Positions 1 to 12,535 of a stretch of 64,000 nucleotides of DNA are shown in pieces. Both the position numbers and the translations under genes were made by a program. Within the stretch, counting starts at the first letter, position 1; each line of letters begins with the position of its first letter. Location: the NCBI RefSeq assembly GCF_006345805.1, contig NC_042997.1:88970001-89034000 (forward strand), given 5' to 3'. This DNA comes from Octopus sinensis. Taxonomy: Eukaryota. The notes below the pieces were generated by a model, which saw only the letters and a list, made by a program, of their open reading frames with translations, was not told the DNA's origin and made no database searches.

Positions 1-74
1 CATCATCCTTACAAGAACTGTTGACTGTCTTAAATGATTTAAATTAGAGCTTGAATTCTACAAGGTATGGACTC

Positions 75-373
75 GTACAAAGTTTGAATTGTTTCCAGCC
101 TTGCAGAAATAGCAGCCAAATACATCCATACATCACCGTCTTAGAAAAGAACATATCTGATAATGTGGAAAAAAGAAACATTGTTCAGGAGTGGCTGTGT
201 GGTAAGTAGCTTGCTTACCAGCCACATGGCTCCGGGTTCAGTTCCACTGCGTGGCACCTTGGGCAAGTGTCTTCTACTATAGCTTTGAGCAGACCAAAGC
301 CTTGTGAGTGGATTTGGTAGACGGAAACTGAAAGAAGCCCGTATATATATGTATATATATATATATATATGTG

Positions 374-425
<52 letters not shown>

Positions 426-662
426 AACATTGCTTGACAACTGATGCTGGTGTGTTTACGTCCCCGTAACTTAGCGGTTCGGCAAAAGAGAACGATAGAA
501 TAAGTACTAGGCTTACAAAGAATAAGTCCTTGGGTCGATTTGCTCGACTAAAGGCGGTGCTCCAGCATGGCCGCAGTCAAATGACTGAAACAAGTAGAAG
601 AGTAAATACTGTTGAATACATGCCTAATAAGTTAGGACTGACCTAAGGCTAAACAACAACAA
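75..662 (+). mobile_element. Dispersed repeat family D (SINE-like, (AAC)n-tailed), split by the family-A SINE at 186-606
   Basis: Head motif agaaatagcagccaaat...accgtctt at ~105-145 and tail gactgacctaaggctaaacaacaac at ~628-662 match other copies in the window (670-897, 16040-16113, 46885-47010, 56515-56757). Confidence 0.5.
186..606 (+). mobile_element. tRNA-derived CORE-like SINE, family A, with internal (TA)n(TG)n microsatellite
   Basis: A-box-like gtggctgtgtggtaag, B-box-like ggttcagttcc, CORE-like ggcaccttgggcaagtg, internal microsatellite ~342-421, 3' body ending gaaacaagtagaagagtaaa. At least 7 related copies in the window. Confidence 0.85.
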
Positions 663-669
663 TGTCTAA

Positions 670-897
670 GCTCATGTGTCAACGAGGTTGCTTTGTGCGT
701 GATCATTCAGCATCCCTTGAAATAACAATCAGATATTCCGCTCTACAACCTTAAAAAGCGAAGGCTACATGACATAATGTAGTTCTTAATGTGATGTGCC
801 TGATGCTAAAACTAAAGGATGCAAAAACCGGAATGGTCATGACAAATGCCTTTGATCACAGGTCTGCTACATTAGATCTGACTTGGAACTGAATAAC
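670..897 (+). mobile_element. Family D repeat, degraded
   Basis: atggtcatgacaaatgcctttgatcacaggtctgct...ctgacttggaactgaataacag matches the family D 3' half. Confidence 0.55.
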
Positions 898-1000
898 AGT
901 TACTACTACTACTATTGCTACGTCCGTAAGGAGGGACGAAATATCAGAGGGTATTTTGTTTGGCGTGCTAACGATTCTAACGATGTCTTACAACGTTAAT

Positions 1001-1219
1001 ATCGGTTTCAAGTTTTAGCACAAGACCAGCAATTTCGGGAGAGGGGGTAAATCAATTACATCGACCATAGTGTTCAACTGGTATTTATTTTACCGGTCCC
1101 GAAATGATGAAAGGCAAAGTCAATCTCGGTTTAATTTATACTCAGAAGATAAAGACAGACGAAATGCTACTAAGCATTTTGCCTGACATGCCAACAATTC
1201 TGCCAGCTCACCGCCTTAA
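1001..1219 (-). mobile_element. tRNA-derived SINE family B, tail type c (..ttgaaacc)
   Basis: Reverse complement begins aaggcggtgagctggcagaattg, contains gactttgcctttcatc and ends ..cttgaaaccgat. Confidence 0.8.
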
Positions 1220-1825
1220 CATATATTAATATCAACAACACATAAAAACAGACATTATTATAGGCAACTCTTAATACCTAAAACAGACCACAACTAAAGC
1301 AAAGACAGGATGTTCAAACATAGAAAAAACTTTTTACCGCATATCTCCTCTGTTGGGGCATACCTGGGACTAAAGAACAATATAATAATATAAAGAACAT
1401 CTAAAAAAAAAAATCAGGCATTATCATAAGAATTTCCGTAAGCAGACCAACTCAATGAAATGAGGTAGGGGGGATTTTATTGATTTCAATACAAGAGAAA
1501 GCCTTTCTAAGGAAACCAGAATAAAAACTTCATAGTGTATTTTACAATGTTTCTCGCTTAACCTAACATTCAATCTTGGAATTTAAAGGTTCGTTTAACT
1601 TTTCCCTTTCAACTCTCATAAAGTGGAATCATTTCCTTTATTAAAATATTTCAGAACTTCTACAAAACTCATACCTTTGTATTTGCCCACCAATCTTAAT
1701 CCCTACTTGTTGGTCTCACACACACACACACACACATACACACACACACACATACACACACACACACATACACACACACACACACACACATACACACACA
1801 CACGCAGATTCACACACATTATATT

Positions 1826-2026
1826 CTCTTTTATCTTTTACTTGTTTCTCTCATCGGACTGTGGCCATGCTGGGGCACCGATATGAAGGATGTAGTCAAA
1901 CAAATCATCCTGAGTACTTGTTTTTTCAAGTCTAGTATTTATTATTTCGGTATCTTCAGCAGAACCACTAAGTTACAAGAGGTAAATAGACCAGCATCGA
2001 TTGCTAAGCGGTGGAGGAAGCCACAA

Positions 2027-2057
<31 letters not shown>

Positions 2058-2199
2058 TTTCATCTGTATAACCTATTCCCTCAGAAGGATTTGGTCGACC
2101 CTGACCTATTGTAGAAGATATTTGCCAAAGATGCCGCACAATGGCACTGAACCCGAAACGTGGTTGCAAGGTGAGCTTCTTAACCGAGAGCCATGTTTG
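1826..2199 (-). mobile_element. SINE family A, older diverged copy
   Basis: Same module order as 186-606 on the minus strand, with an internal (CA)n at ~2026-2052. Confidence 0.75.
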
Positions 2200-2268
2200 C
2201 GAATCATTAAACCACCCCCATTTTTCCGCAATTCCATCCTACCTTTCATAGCATGCAACCCTCTAGAA

Positions 2269-2454
2269 CAATGCTCTGCAACCTTTTATCACTTGCGGTA
2301 CACTTATATTCTTTTCAATATTTGGCGGCACACCAGAATTAAAAATATAACTAAAAGTGTAAGGGTAAAAATTATATTCAGGTTATACTGCGGCACACCT
2401 AACATCGTTTCGTGGTACACCAGTGTGCCGCAGCATACCGGTTGCGGAGCACTG
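2269..2454. mobile_element. hAT (Charlie-like) MITE, 186 bp
   Basis: TIRs caatgctctgcaacc / ggttgcggagcactg; perfect 8-bp TSD ctctagaa at 2261-2268 and 2455-2462 (TCTAGA core typical of Charlie targets). Confidence 0.85.
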
Positions 2455-2894
2455 CTCTAGAAGCTTTCAGCTTACAGTTTGTCATTGCAGAAACTTTAAG
2501 GTCACTATCAAAAGAATTCATTGTAAATATTAGCCAGTGCCTATATATTTATTGATTTCTTTATTTGCCTAACGTGTGCGGAAGTCATGTATATTATATA
2601 TTTAGCATATTTAGTCTTTGTGTGAAATTAAAGTAAGACAAACTAATTATTTCTAATGGTAATCTTTATAGCCTACTCAACGTGGATGTATTATCAGAAC
2701 GCCAAATACTGCGGTATTCACCTTGAGAGAGCCTCTCATACGGATGCATTTATGTCTATGCTTGGAGCATAGTCATATATATATAGATATACATAGATAT
2801 GTTTATGCTTGGAGCATAGACATATATCCTTAACAGGAGAGAACCGTTTGGTATGAGCACTGGAACTGCCAGATCACGTGATTTCATCTTACAG

Positions 2895-3000
2895 CGCTTC
2901 CGCTGTTACAGGTTCCGCTCACCACATACCACATCTCACTGTCAACGGTATAAAGAATAATAATGACTTTTCAGTCACTGGTATTGCAAATAGCCAATAG
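2895..3000 (+). CDS. Candidate exon of unidentified host gene
   Basis: Acceptor ttcatcttacag|. Phase-2 frame reads ASAVTGSAHHIPHLTVNGIKNNNDFSVTGIANSQ*. A second acceptor at 2912 and a possible donor cg|gtataa at 2947 give an alternative frame VPLTTYHISLST. Frame unresolved. Confidence 0.35.
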
Positions 3001-4180
3001 GCTTATCCAGACTGAGCAGGATCTAAAAAGTGCCATTCAGTATCAATACTGTTTCCGCTGCTAATATTTATTAATCATTTCTAGCATCATCTCTGGCTGC
3101 AAAACGCTTGTCTATTTAAACAACGAAACTAAATACTAAAAAACATATGCTTATTAAGCATATTGTCCGTTTTGTCCAACCAAAACCCACCCCTTCAAGG
3201 GTCTCTGCGTATCTCAGCAGATAATATATAGACATGGGCCATTGGCTAATTCATATTCTTTGTTGGTTTCAACGATTGGACTGTATCCGTCTTTGCTTTC
3301 AACCTTCGAAGGAGTAAGTTATTATTTCCATCACAGTACACAAGATCTTACTGATCTTGGAGGGATGAAAGATAAAATCAATCTGAAGTGAATTAGAACT
3401 CAGAATGTAAAAGGACGTAGAACCTGATGCCCTACAGATTCTGTAATCCTCTGCAGTATATATATTATCTCTGTATGTGTATGTTGGTGTGTATTGGTGT
3501 GTGTGCGTTCACATGCAGGTATGTATGTATATGATGTGTTAGTTCGTGTGTGTGTGTGCTTGAAGCTAAAACTTCACGAATCGCAATTAAATTTAACTTT
3601 TATGATTATCAGCAGGCGATAATAGAAATAATAATCTTATATTCATATACAAAATAAAGATGTAGGCAAAAGAATACATTTTAATTGACTTGTAGCAGTT
3701 AACAGTATTTTACAGAGTCTTACAGCATTCATCCGTTAGGAATTTGGAAATTATTCCATACAAATTTGAATTTATAACGACAAAATACTGTAAGCTCAGA
3801 ACGTGTATTAAGTATGGAACAGCCATATATGAAACTTTTCAAAGACGAAGACTATAACATTCCTTACATGTTCTAATATATCTCAAGCTTCTAATTCTCT
3901 TATTTTTCAAATCCCAAATTTATTTAGAATATAAAGTGTTGAATTTTTTAAAGAATTTCTAAGAGTTTCTTTCTCGATTACATCTTAATTTGACGGGTCT
4001 TACAGTCAAACCAATATAAGCTTTAGAAACTCAATCATTACTTGTGAACTCGCAATAAACTATGTAATTCGAAAGACATAGATTAAGGGATAATTTTCGA
4101 AATTAATTCAATTACACAATTGATAAGGATTAAATACGGATAGTAGTCTTAGGTTTTTACTATTAATATATGCTATATCT

Positions 4181-4392
4181 AAGGCGGCGAACAGTCAGAA
4201 TCGTTAACATGCTGGGTAAAATGCTTAGCGGTATTCCATCCGTCTTCACGTTCAGAGTTCAAATTCCGCCGAGATTGACCTTGCCTTACATCCTTTCGGA
4301 GTGGATAAATTAAGTACAATTTGAACACTGGGGTCGATTTAATCGACTTATCACTTCCCCGAAATTGTTGGCCTTGTACCAAAACTTGAAAG
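4181..4392 (+). mobile_element. SINE family B, tail type c, with TSD
   Basis: Head aaggcggcga..gagttcaaattcc (B box); perfect 17-bp TSD taatatatgctatatct at 4164-4180 and 4393-4409. Confidence 0.9.
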
Positions 4393-4898
4393 TAATATAT
4401 GCTATATCTGTGAAATTTTGGTGCGATGTTCGGAAATTATTTGTATACTAAATTAAGGAAACATTTAGCGATGTTTATACGTTTATTTAACTAAATGGCA
4501 GAAACATGCAGTAAAATGTGCGTTTTCTGGGGACGGTGGGTTACTTATGAGAATTAATAATATCATTTTTACATAATTTTATCTTCAAATTTATCGAGTT
4601 TTGAGGTTTAAAGCTTTAATAATGGGCTGCTTTATTTTAAGAAAATATATTTAATGAAATATCGGATATACCAATATTATAAACCAAACTACTTATTTCA
4701 TTTGGTTTCCTAAATGAGTGCCATTTGTTGGTTTGTAAATTTACCGTGGCATCTAAAATAGAAATTATTAACGTATTAGTATCAATAATAAATGTTAGGC
4801 TTAATTCTTTATGTAGCTGTTTGAGAATATGTTTGAAATGATCTAACGTTTTAGCATGTGTGTATGTGTGTGTTTGTGTGTGTATATGTGTATGTATG

Positions 4899-4932
<34 letters not shown>

Positions 4933-5375
4933 TGTATATATATATATATATGTAATATAATATATTATGTGTGTGTGCGTGCGTGCATGTGTGTGTATGT
5001 ATGTATTACTTATAATCTTTCTACTCATCCTTTACAACCTTATTGTAATATACTGAATATATTGGTGAAAAATGTAAAGACCTCTGTGCTCACTTAATTC
5101 AGCAAAAACTGAACTATCCTAGTCATGTCGAAAGAATTAGAGTAGTTTCTCTTTACTCGTAGGACATTATCGAAATGCATCTTATATGCATAACTATTTT
5201 CTTGAATGACGCGTTATCTCTGGTAAGGATTAGTCTTTTCGCTTTTTAGCAACGATTTAATTACTTGAGAGTAAATTTTGATAATGTCAATCTGCGTAAA
5301 TTTTAAACGATGCTTATTACTAACGGTATTAATCAATCCATTTTGTGTGTGTGTGTGTGTGGTAATTACAACCAG

Positions 5376-5424
5376 CATGCTTCAGAGCCAACAGACAAGA
5401 CCAAGTGACAGCAGAAGACAGTGA
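5376..5424 (+). CDS. Weak candidate terminal exon
   Basis: acaaccag|c then MLQSQQTRPSDSRRQ* in phase 2; poor pyrimidine tract. Confidence 0.2.
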
Positions 5425-6126
5425 AGTGCGTTATCATGCAAACCAAACACTATTCAGATATCCTTGGCGGGAAGGGAGGAATGAGGGTAGGAAGGAATTG
5501 CGAGAGAAAAAGATGAAAGAAAAAAATGTTATCTGTAGTAGGTGCAACATACACTCATCACAATCAGCAAACATCATAAATTGACACCAGAAGGCTGTAT
5601 GTGGCTTGACAAAACAAAGACAGCTCTGATAACTTAATAAGACAAAAAAGTATGGAAGAAATGAAGGAAGAAAGACAAAGTGGAGGAAAAGAAGAGAAAG
5701 ATTGAAAGAAAGTTATAAAATGAAAGGAAAGAAATGAAACGTAGAAAGGTAAAAAGGAATATTTTTCATACAGAGTAATGAATAAGTCGTTTATTAGATT
5801 GGTTCATTAGAAGTACTGCATACAATTCCCATTTACATATGTAGTCCACGTGCTTATTGTTCTGTTGCTCCTCATGTATGTTGCATGGCGTGTTGAGATA
5901 GAATATTGTGGGTAGAATATGTACTTCTAAAGGTTTGCGTATTTTACAGTATTCGACAGATGTCATATATATATATATATATAAAGCAGCAATGTTCAAG
6001 TTACAAGAAAGACCCAGTGAAACAATTACAATGTAGCCAGATGTCACATAAGCGTCCTAGGAATTAGTGATCACACTTGCGTGGAAGTTAATTCCGGGGA
6101 GAAGCGAGACGTGTTTTGGAGAACAT

Positions 6127-6490
6127 AAGAATAATGGAAAATGAAGACAAACGGTCAAGATGCTATTTAAGTCATTTATATCACCACATCACCGATATAT
6201 ATTTCGATAGATGAATTAAAATAAATCTAAGAGGATGAATAATGTGGAACAATGCATCAATCTTATCAGGGAGGATATAAAAAACAGTGTGCATCAATAA
6301 GTCATTTTAACGGATCTTATTGATGCACACTGTTGTTTATATTCTCCCTGATGAGATTGATACATTGTTCCACATTATTCATTCTCTCGGGTTTATTTTA
6401 ATGCATCTATCGAAACATATATCGGTGATGGGGTGATATAAATGATTTAAATAACATCTTGAGCGTTTGTCTCCATTTTCCATTATTCTT
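6127..6490. mobile_element. Foldback/palindromic MITE-like element (two ~175-bp inverted arms, 14-nt spacer)
   Basis: 6127-6301 is the imperfect reverse complement of 6316-6490 (aagaataatggaaaatg / cattttccattattctt; aacagtgtgcatcaataag / cttattgatgcacactgtt). Confidence 0.85.
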
Positions 6491-7189
6491 TTATATATAT
6501 ATATCGGCAGGGGTATAAGACGGCGCCGGGCAAAATACTTTGCGGCATTTTGTCCGTCTTTATGTTCTGAATTTAAATGCCACCGAGGTCGACTTTGCCT
6601 GTCATTCTTTCGATTTCGACAAAATAAGTACTAGTTGAGGACTAAGAATATGCCGCTTTACGAAAACCTTATCTATTTCACAAAAATTCATTCAATATAT
6701 TCATATGCCAGAAGGGTAATGTACAATAGTTAATTTTTCGTACTGAAAAAATTGAACCTAGTTCTGTGGGTCAATAATGTATAAATCAATTCTGTAGAAC
6801 TGTTTCAAGTCCTGAGACTCACAGGGCTGGTTACCATGGCGTATAAGTGACCGAGATCACGACAGTCCTTCAAGAAAGGTTCGTGGGAAACCAGTCACAA
6901 TTTCAGCAATATCAAGGAAAACAAACGAAGGTCAGAAAGATCTAAAAGGATTAAATTCTTTGACCCGCTAATTTGAATAACATTTTTTGTACACAGTAAT
7001 TACCAGTTCCCTAGGTGCATGTATTATGGGTGTTATGAATGTGTAGTTAACTATAATTAAAAAACGTATGTGATGCATACGTCTATAAACATGCAATTCG
7101 TGAGCAGCATGTTTTAGTTGTAAACAGTTTCGTTTCTGCAAGCAAAATAGGTTTTAAGTCACATGCATTATATGCATAAATTTGTATGT

Positions 7190-7243
7190 ATGAATGCATG
7201 TATATATATATGTGTGTGTGTGTGTGTATACATACATATCTAT

Positions 7244-7309
<66 letters not shown>

Positions 7310-7377
7310 ACATATGTATATGTATATATACATATATACACATACATATATATGTATATGTATGTATATATTTATGC

Positions 7378-7417
<40 letters not shown>

Positions 7418-7470
7418 ACATATATCCACATACATGTATACGTACATATATATATATATATGCATGTTTG

Positions 7471-7531
<61 letters not shown>

Positions 7532-7610
7532 ATATATATATATGTATATACATATATTTATATCCACATACATGTATACGTACATATATATATATATATA
7601 TGCATGTTTG

Positions 7611-7646
<36 letters not shown>

Positions 7647-7670
7647 TACACACACATACATATATGCGTG
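7190..7670. repeat. Compound (TA)n/(TG)n/(CA)n microsatellite with internal higher-order duplication
   Basis: Direct reading; the block atccacatacatgtatacgtacata..gcatgtttgtatg occurs twice (~7424 and ~7562). Confidence 0.95.
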
Positions 7671-8746
7671 TTATAGAGACAGAGAGTGAGAGAAAGAGTC
7701 GTCAAAATCATTATACCTTGCATGCATTTGCACATATAAATATGGATAAATTGCATATACATACTTATAAGCACACAGTTGCTAATACGTGCATACACTT
7801 ATGCATACTTTCTTACTTATAGATGCATATATGAACATTCTTAAAAAAACTGACACGAATATCAGTGTGAGTTTCAAGCGAAGAAATAAAAACGATAGGC
7901 ATTCTAAGTGTTTCACATGTGTTCGTTTGTGTGTGCGTGCGTGTATATTCGTATGTGCGTGTGTGTATGTGCGTGTTGTATGTGTGTGTGCGCGCATGTG
8001 TGTGCACGTATGTATGTTTTTATGTATATGCATTTACGACTGTGTGTCAATATATGTATGTACGTATGTGCTTGTATAACTTTCTATCTCACTGAACGAG
8101 ACAGATCACACAACTTGCCTAAGGTCCCCAGCCTCTTTGAGAACTTATATTTTAAATTTCGGAATAAATATTTGGCTAACATTCATGAAAAGCAAAATGG
8201 AAGTCATCCAAATATCTTTGTATCACGTGACATTTCTGCGTCTCTCAAATGGCTGCCTCAGGCGAACAACTTTTCGTTGTAACTTTGATCAAATTACAAT
8301 CTCTAGCTTGCAAATGACATTGGGAATTTATGAGTAGATCACTAAGAGGATAGTGTCAGAGAGTTCACCTATCGAAAACGGTTCCAATCCCATATTTAGT
8401 TATTTCGAATTTTGCTTCAGTCATATTTCTTAATTTCATAGGTTAAAAAAAGGATTATGAAAGAAAAGAACTTTTTATTTTCATTTTCCCTAAAGTGGGA
8501 GCCAAACACCCCTTGACGGATACCATTTATTACGATAAAAATGTATATTTGTTTTTATAAGACATGGTTATGTAGCTAAGAAGTTTACTTTGTAATAACG
8601 TTCTTTTTGGTTTAATCCCTTGGTGTAGCATCTTGAAAAATGCTCTATTAATCTTTGTGATGAAATTCATTACACAGAAACAGTGTGGAAAGCCATCAGA
8701 TGGACTGGTACCTAAATGGAGGTGATATAGCTTATTTTGTCGTCAG

Positions 8747-8795
8747 GTTTAACACTGTTGCCTTTAATGGTGTTCATTCTGCTGCAGAAATTTAA
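8747..8795 (+). CDS. Candidate terminal exon
   Basis: Acceptor ttattttgtcgtcag|g then FNTVAFNGVHSAAEI* in phase 2; AATAAA at 9058-9063. Confidence 0.3.
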
Positions 8796-10380
8796 ACAAG
8801 TTTCGGATCTTTTGAAAGAGTTATGGGTGCTGCACTTTCTCTTCGTACTAAACCCTAAAAAAATGTACATCCCTTTTTATGTGAGCACTCGTAGGAGTTC
8901 TTTACATAAATGAAGGAATTTAGAGATTCTAAAACGGCTCGACTATAAAATCGAGATCTTTTAAGATAGAAGGAGAGACTAATGACTGGCGATCGGAGAG
9001 ATTAATGAGAGTTATCAGATTATTCTGAGTTCAATTTCAACATTAAGGAAAATGAAAAATAAATTTCCACAATCACTGGATGAGAACTTGTTGGATCCTA
9101 TCACTATCGAAGAACATAACATTTCCAGAACTGCCGATATTATATAGTGAGTGAAATATACAGAGATAAAACCTACTGAGTGTTTTATTGCAGTTTATTT
9201 TAAGATTATCAGCTAAAACTGGAAATTCTGTTTATTTTTTTTATATATATATTCAATACACATCTTCACAATTATCAATCAATTATAATAGAGATTCTAT
9301 TTAGATTCAATACTGATTCCATACCAATTGTGACACATACATTTACTAAAATCTGCCAATTATGATAGCGATTCTACTTAGACTCTATATAGACTCTATA
9401 CCAGTTCTGGCACATACCCTCACTACCGTTTAACAATCCTGACAGTCTCTGTTCTGCTAGTTCTCACATACAATTTCATTTTGTTTTCATTTCCCGATAC
9501 TGATGAGATTCTATGTGAACGTTAGAAAAAGTATCAAAATCATCCTCAGGTCACACCCTAGCGACTTTTAAAAAACGAATATATTCAGTAATGTAGTCAG
9601 GGATTTGCGATGCAAGGAAAGAAAAGAGACGAAATGGTTACTGCTGGTACACTTTTGATTATGGGTCTACTTGTTCAGAGCAAATCTGAGGTTAATCAAG
9701 GACAACGACAACAGCAACAACAACAGCAATCACAACTTCTCTATCAATTCTGACACCACTTTCACTCTATTCTACTAATACCTATTTCACCTTTCTTTCA
9801 TTTATCTTACCAACTCTGACAACTCAGTTTCCACTTCCGCTCCATTGGTACTCTTTCGCAGTACTTCTCTGAATTCACTAACAAAACCACTTTAAATTTC
9901 TCTCGCCAACTCATCGATCTCCAGTGTGAACACAAAACATGAATGAAGCACGTCTGTAGTAGCTTCATAAGTAAAATTAATCGACTTTTCGATAGTAGAC
10001 ACAACATTATGCTTAAAATTCGAAATGAAAAGGACGGATAACTAGTGTTTGGGGGTTGGGAGGTTGGCGCTCTCCGGTTGATCAAAAATTAACAATGACA
10101 ATAGAACAATTGGGGTAAAAAAGACCAAAAAAGAAAACAAAGACTGAAAACAGAAAGGTTTTTATGACTAACTCTGGCTTCTGAATAGTTGTTGCAGTTG
10201 CTTGTAGTGGAAGCGGCGGCAACGGTGGTACTATTAGTGCTTCTATTATTTTGTTGTTTTTTTTTAGTTATTACATATATTTTTTTATTGTACCCGACTT
10301 TCCTGTTTCATTAACTTGCATAAGCATTAATTAAATATTTCACTGTAACTAATCAAAAAATATACAATTGTACTTTCCAG

Positions 10381-10447
10381 CAACGGAGTCGTTATGTTAG
10401 AGCATGCTCAATCCCACGGCAGTTACTCTTGTTGCTGTAACGAATAG
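10381..10447 (+). CDS. Candidate terminal exon with Cys-rich C-terminus
   Basis: Acceptor tgtactttccag|c then NGVVMLEHAQSHGSYSCCCNE* in phase 2, followed by 3'UTR-like (GCT)n(GTT)n. Confidence 0.4.
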
Positions 10448-11829
10448 CGCTGCTGCTGCTGCTGCTGTTGTTGTTGTTGTTCCTGCTGCTTTACTTTAGT
10501 TTTTTTAGTTTCTGCTTTTGTGTGTGATAATTTTTTTAAACACGACCTTTATTTAGGTAAAAGATGAATAATATACCCAACGCCACATGGCGTTCAAATA
10601 ACCGGATACAATGTCCCAATAACTAACATATCGATAGCTACCACTGAAACACTGTAAAGGACACACGATGTACACAGAAACAGTCTCATTTTTCTGTATT
10701 TATTCCTTTATTAATATATCGATTTGTGGGCCCAACACGAATTCCATACAAAACGACAACAAAAAAGCGGCTCTCAATGGCCATATTGCAGCGTATATGT
10801 GTGTGTAAATATATAAGTTATGTGTGTACGTGTGTGTGTATATACATACATACATACATAATTATATATAAATATATATATATGCACTCATCACATATAT
10901 GTGAGCATATGTGCTTGTTCATATAGATGTGTGCTCATGTTCACTTACACGATTACACACTATACTGTAACTGTGATGAACACGAACATATATGCACTTA
11001 CAGACATGTGCGTGTGTGTACATGTGTGCGTCTGTATGTGTGTCTGTATTTGTGTGTGTATGTGTAAGTGTCTGTCTGTGTGTATCGATTAACTGATTTT
11101 GTTTTGTAAGCATATTTTATGCTTGCATTGTTTCATATTTTGATATGAGACTCTATTGTATATGTAACGGTCATGCACGCGCGTACACACGTTTGCACAT
11201 GCCCGCACACACCTACTTCACACATTATCTACTTCACATCTATGTCTACATAACGTACCAATTACACACATAATTGTATACAATGACATCATTTCACAAT
11301 ATGCGACAACCTCTACAAGCTATCAGCATATTGTATGATAGTATTAACCTCATTTAATCTTAAGTTGAGCAGCAGGCCTTTCCTCAAAAGTGTCCCAATG
11401 CAATTTTTTTCCTTCGTAGATAGTGTATCTATGTCTATATTATCAAATATGTTTCGTATTTAAAACTTTCTTATAGGCGAGCAATCATGTAGAGTTTCCT
11501 TCATTGCCTCCAATGTAATTGTTTTATGGTGACATTGATGTATTTTTATGCCACTCTTAGTATGTTATAGAATTATATAACACCATTGGTGTGTTGTGTG
11601 GCCGTGCTGGTGTGATGTATAGCATTGCTGGCGTCTTTACGCTTGTGTTGGCATGTTGTATGATAATATTAGTAATAGTATGGAAGAATAGTTACCGAGA
11701 CTGGCGAAATGCTTAGCGATATTTCCATCTGTCTTCCCGTTCTGAGTTCAGATTCCGCCGAGGTCGACTTTGCCTTTCATCCTTTTGGGGGCCAATGAAA
11801 TAAGTATTGGCACTAAAAACAGTGTATAT

Positions 11830-11873
11830 GAGGGCAGGTGTGGACTCTCGGAGCCTTGGCTAGCAACCCACCT
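11830..11873 (+). ncRNA. Possible degenerate HDV-like ribozyme at the 5' end of the R4-type element
   Basis: HDV-like order: P1 gagggc / gcctt, P2 aggtgtg / cccacct, GG after P1, gcaa before the P2 3' strand. P3/L3 is about 3 nt short, so the fit is partial. Confidence 0.3.
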
Positions 11874-12472
11874 AGTGATGGTGTCACTATGACAATACTG
11901 GTGATTGCACAACCTTACAAATGGTACCCCTAAATGAGCGATGTCAAAATTGAATAATAACCACAACTCCGCTAACGGGACTGGAAATGTTAACAGTGAA
12001 AGTGACGGGCACGGCAGGCAGGGAGTATCTGATCAAACTCCAGCAGGTCCTCATCAGGACCAAAATCGCAGTCCAAAGTACAAACGAAAATGAATGACAT
12101 GGGAAAAAGATGTACGCAAAATAGTAATAGAATGTTGGCGAGGAAGTGAGGCAAATAAAAGAGGTTTCATGAATCGAATGAAGAGAATATGGATGAAAAA
12201 GGGGGTTTTGAAGCATCTGCCAAGTGACTGATAAATCAATCAAAAGCAATCCGTAGGAACGACTAGAGATTAACAAATGGCTGAAGGAGATTGAAGTAGA
12301 ATGCCCAGTAGAATTCTTACAAAAAGTTTGTCTCTTTGGATAGCAAGGATTATCAGGAGGGTTCTAAGCACTTGAAAGACTGCTGAAAACTTGTGGATAC
12401 CTAAGGTTACAGGTAGTAACCTGCTATCCACATAATTCCTACCAGGAATAAGACCGAACCTGAGCCAAACCA
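11830..12472 (+). mobile_element. Internally deleted R4/Dong-type non-LTR retroelement (5' UTR + ORF N-terminus fused to ORF C-terminus + 3' UTR)
   Basis: ATG at 11941 opens MSKLNN...KYKRK*MTWEKDVRKIVIECWRGSEANKRGFMNRMKRIWMKKG (R4/Dong N-terminal block). At ~12270 it jumps to KWLKEIEVECPVEFLQKVCLFG-ARIIRRVLST* (stop 12373-12375). Ends in (TAA)n. Confidence 0.8.
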
Positions 12473-12535
12473 TAATAATAATAATAATAATAATATAATA
12501 ATAATAATAATAATATAATAATAATAATAATAATA
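12473..12535. repeat. (TAA)n tail/target tract between R4 elements 1 and 2
   Basis: Direct reading. Confidence 0.95.

Noticed and set aside
3-170. hAT dimerisation-domain-like peptide (FPAL/AEIAAKYI)
   Set aside because: The DNA matches the family D head (agaaatagcagccaaat), so the peptide similarity is incidental.
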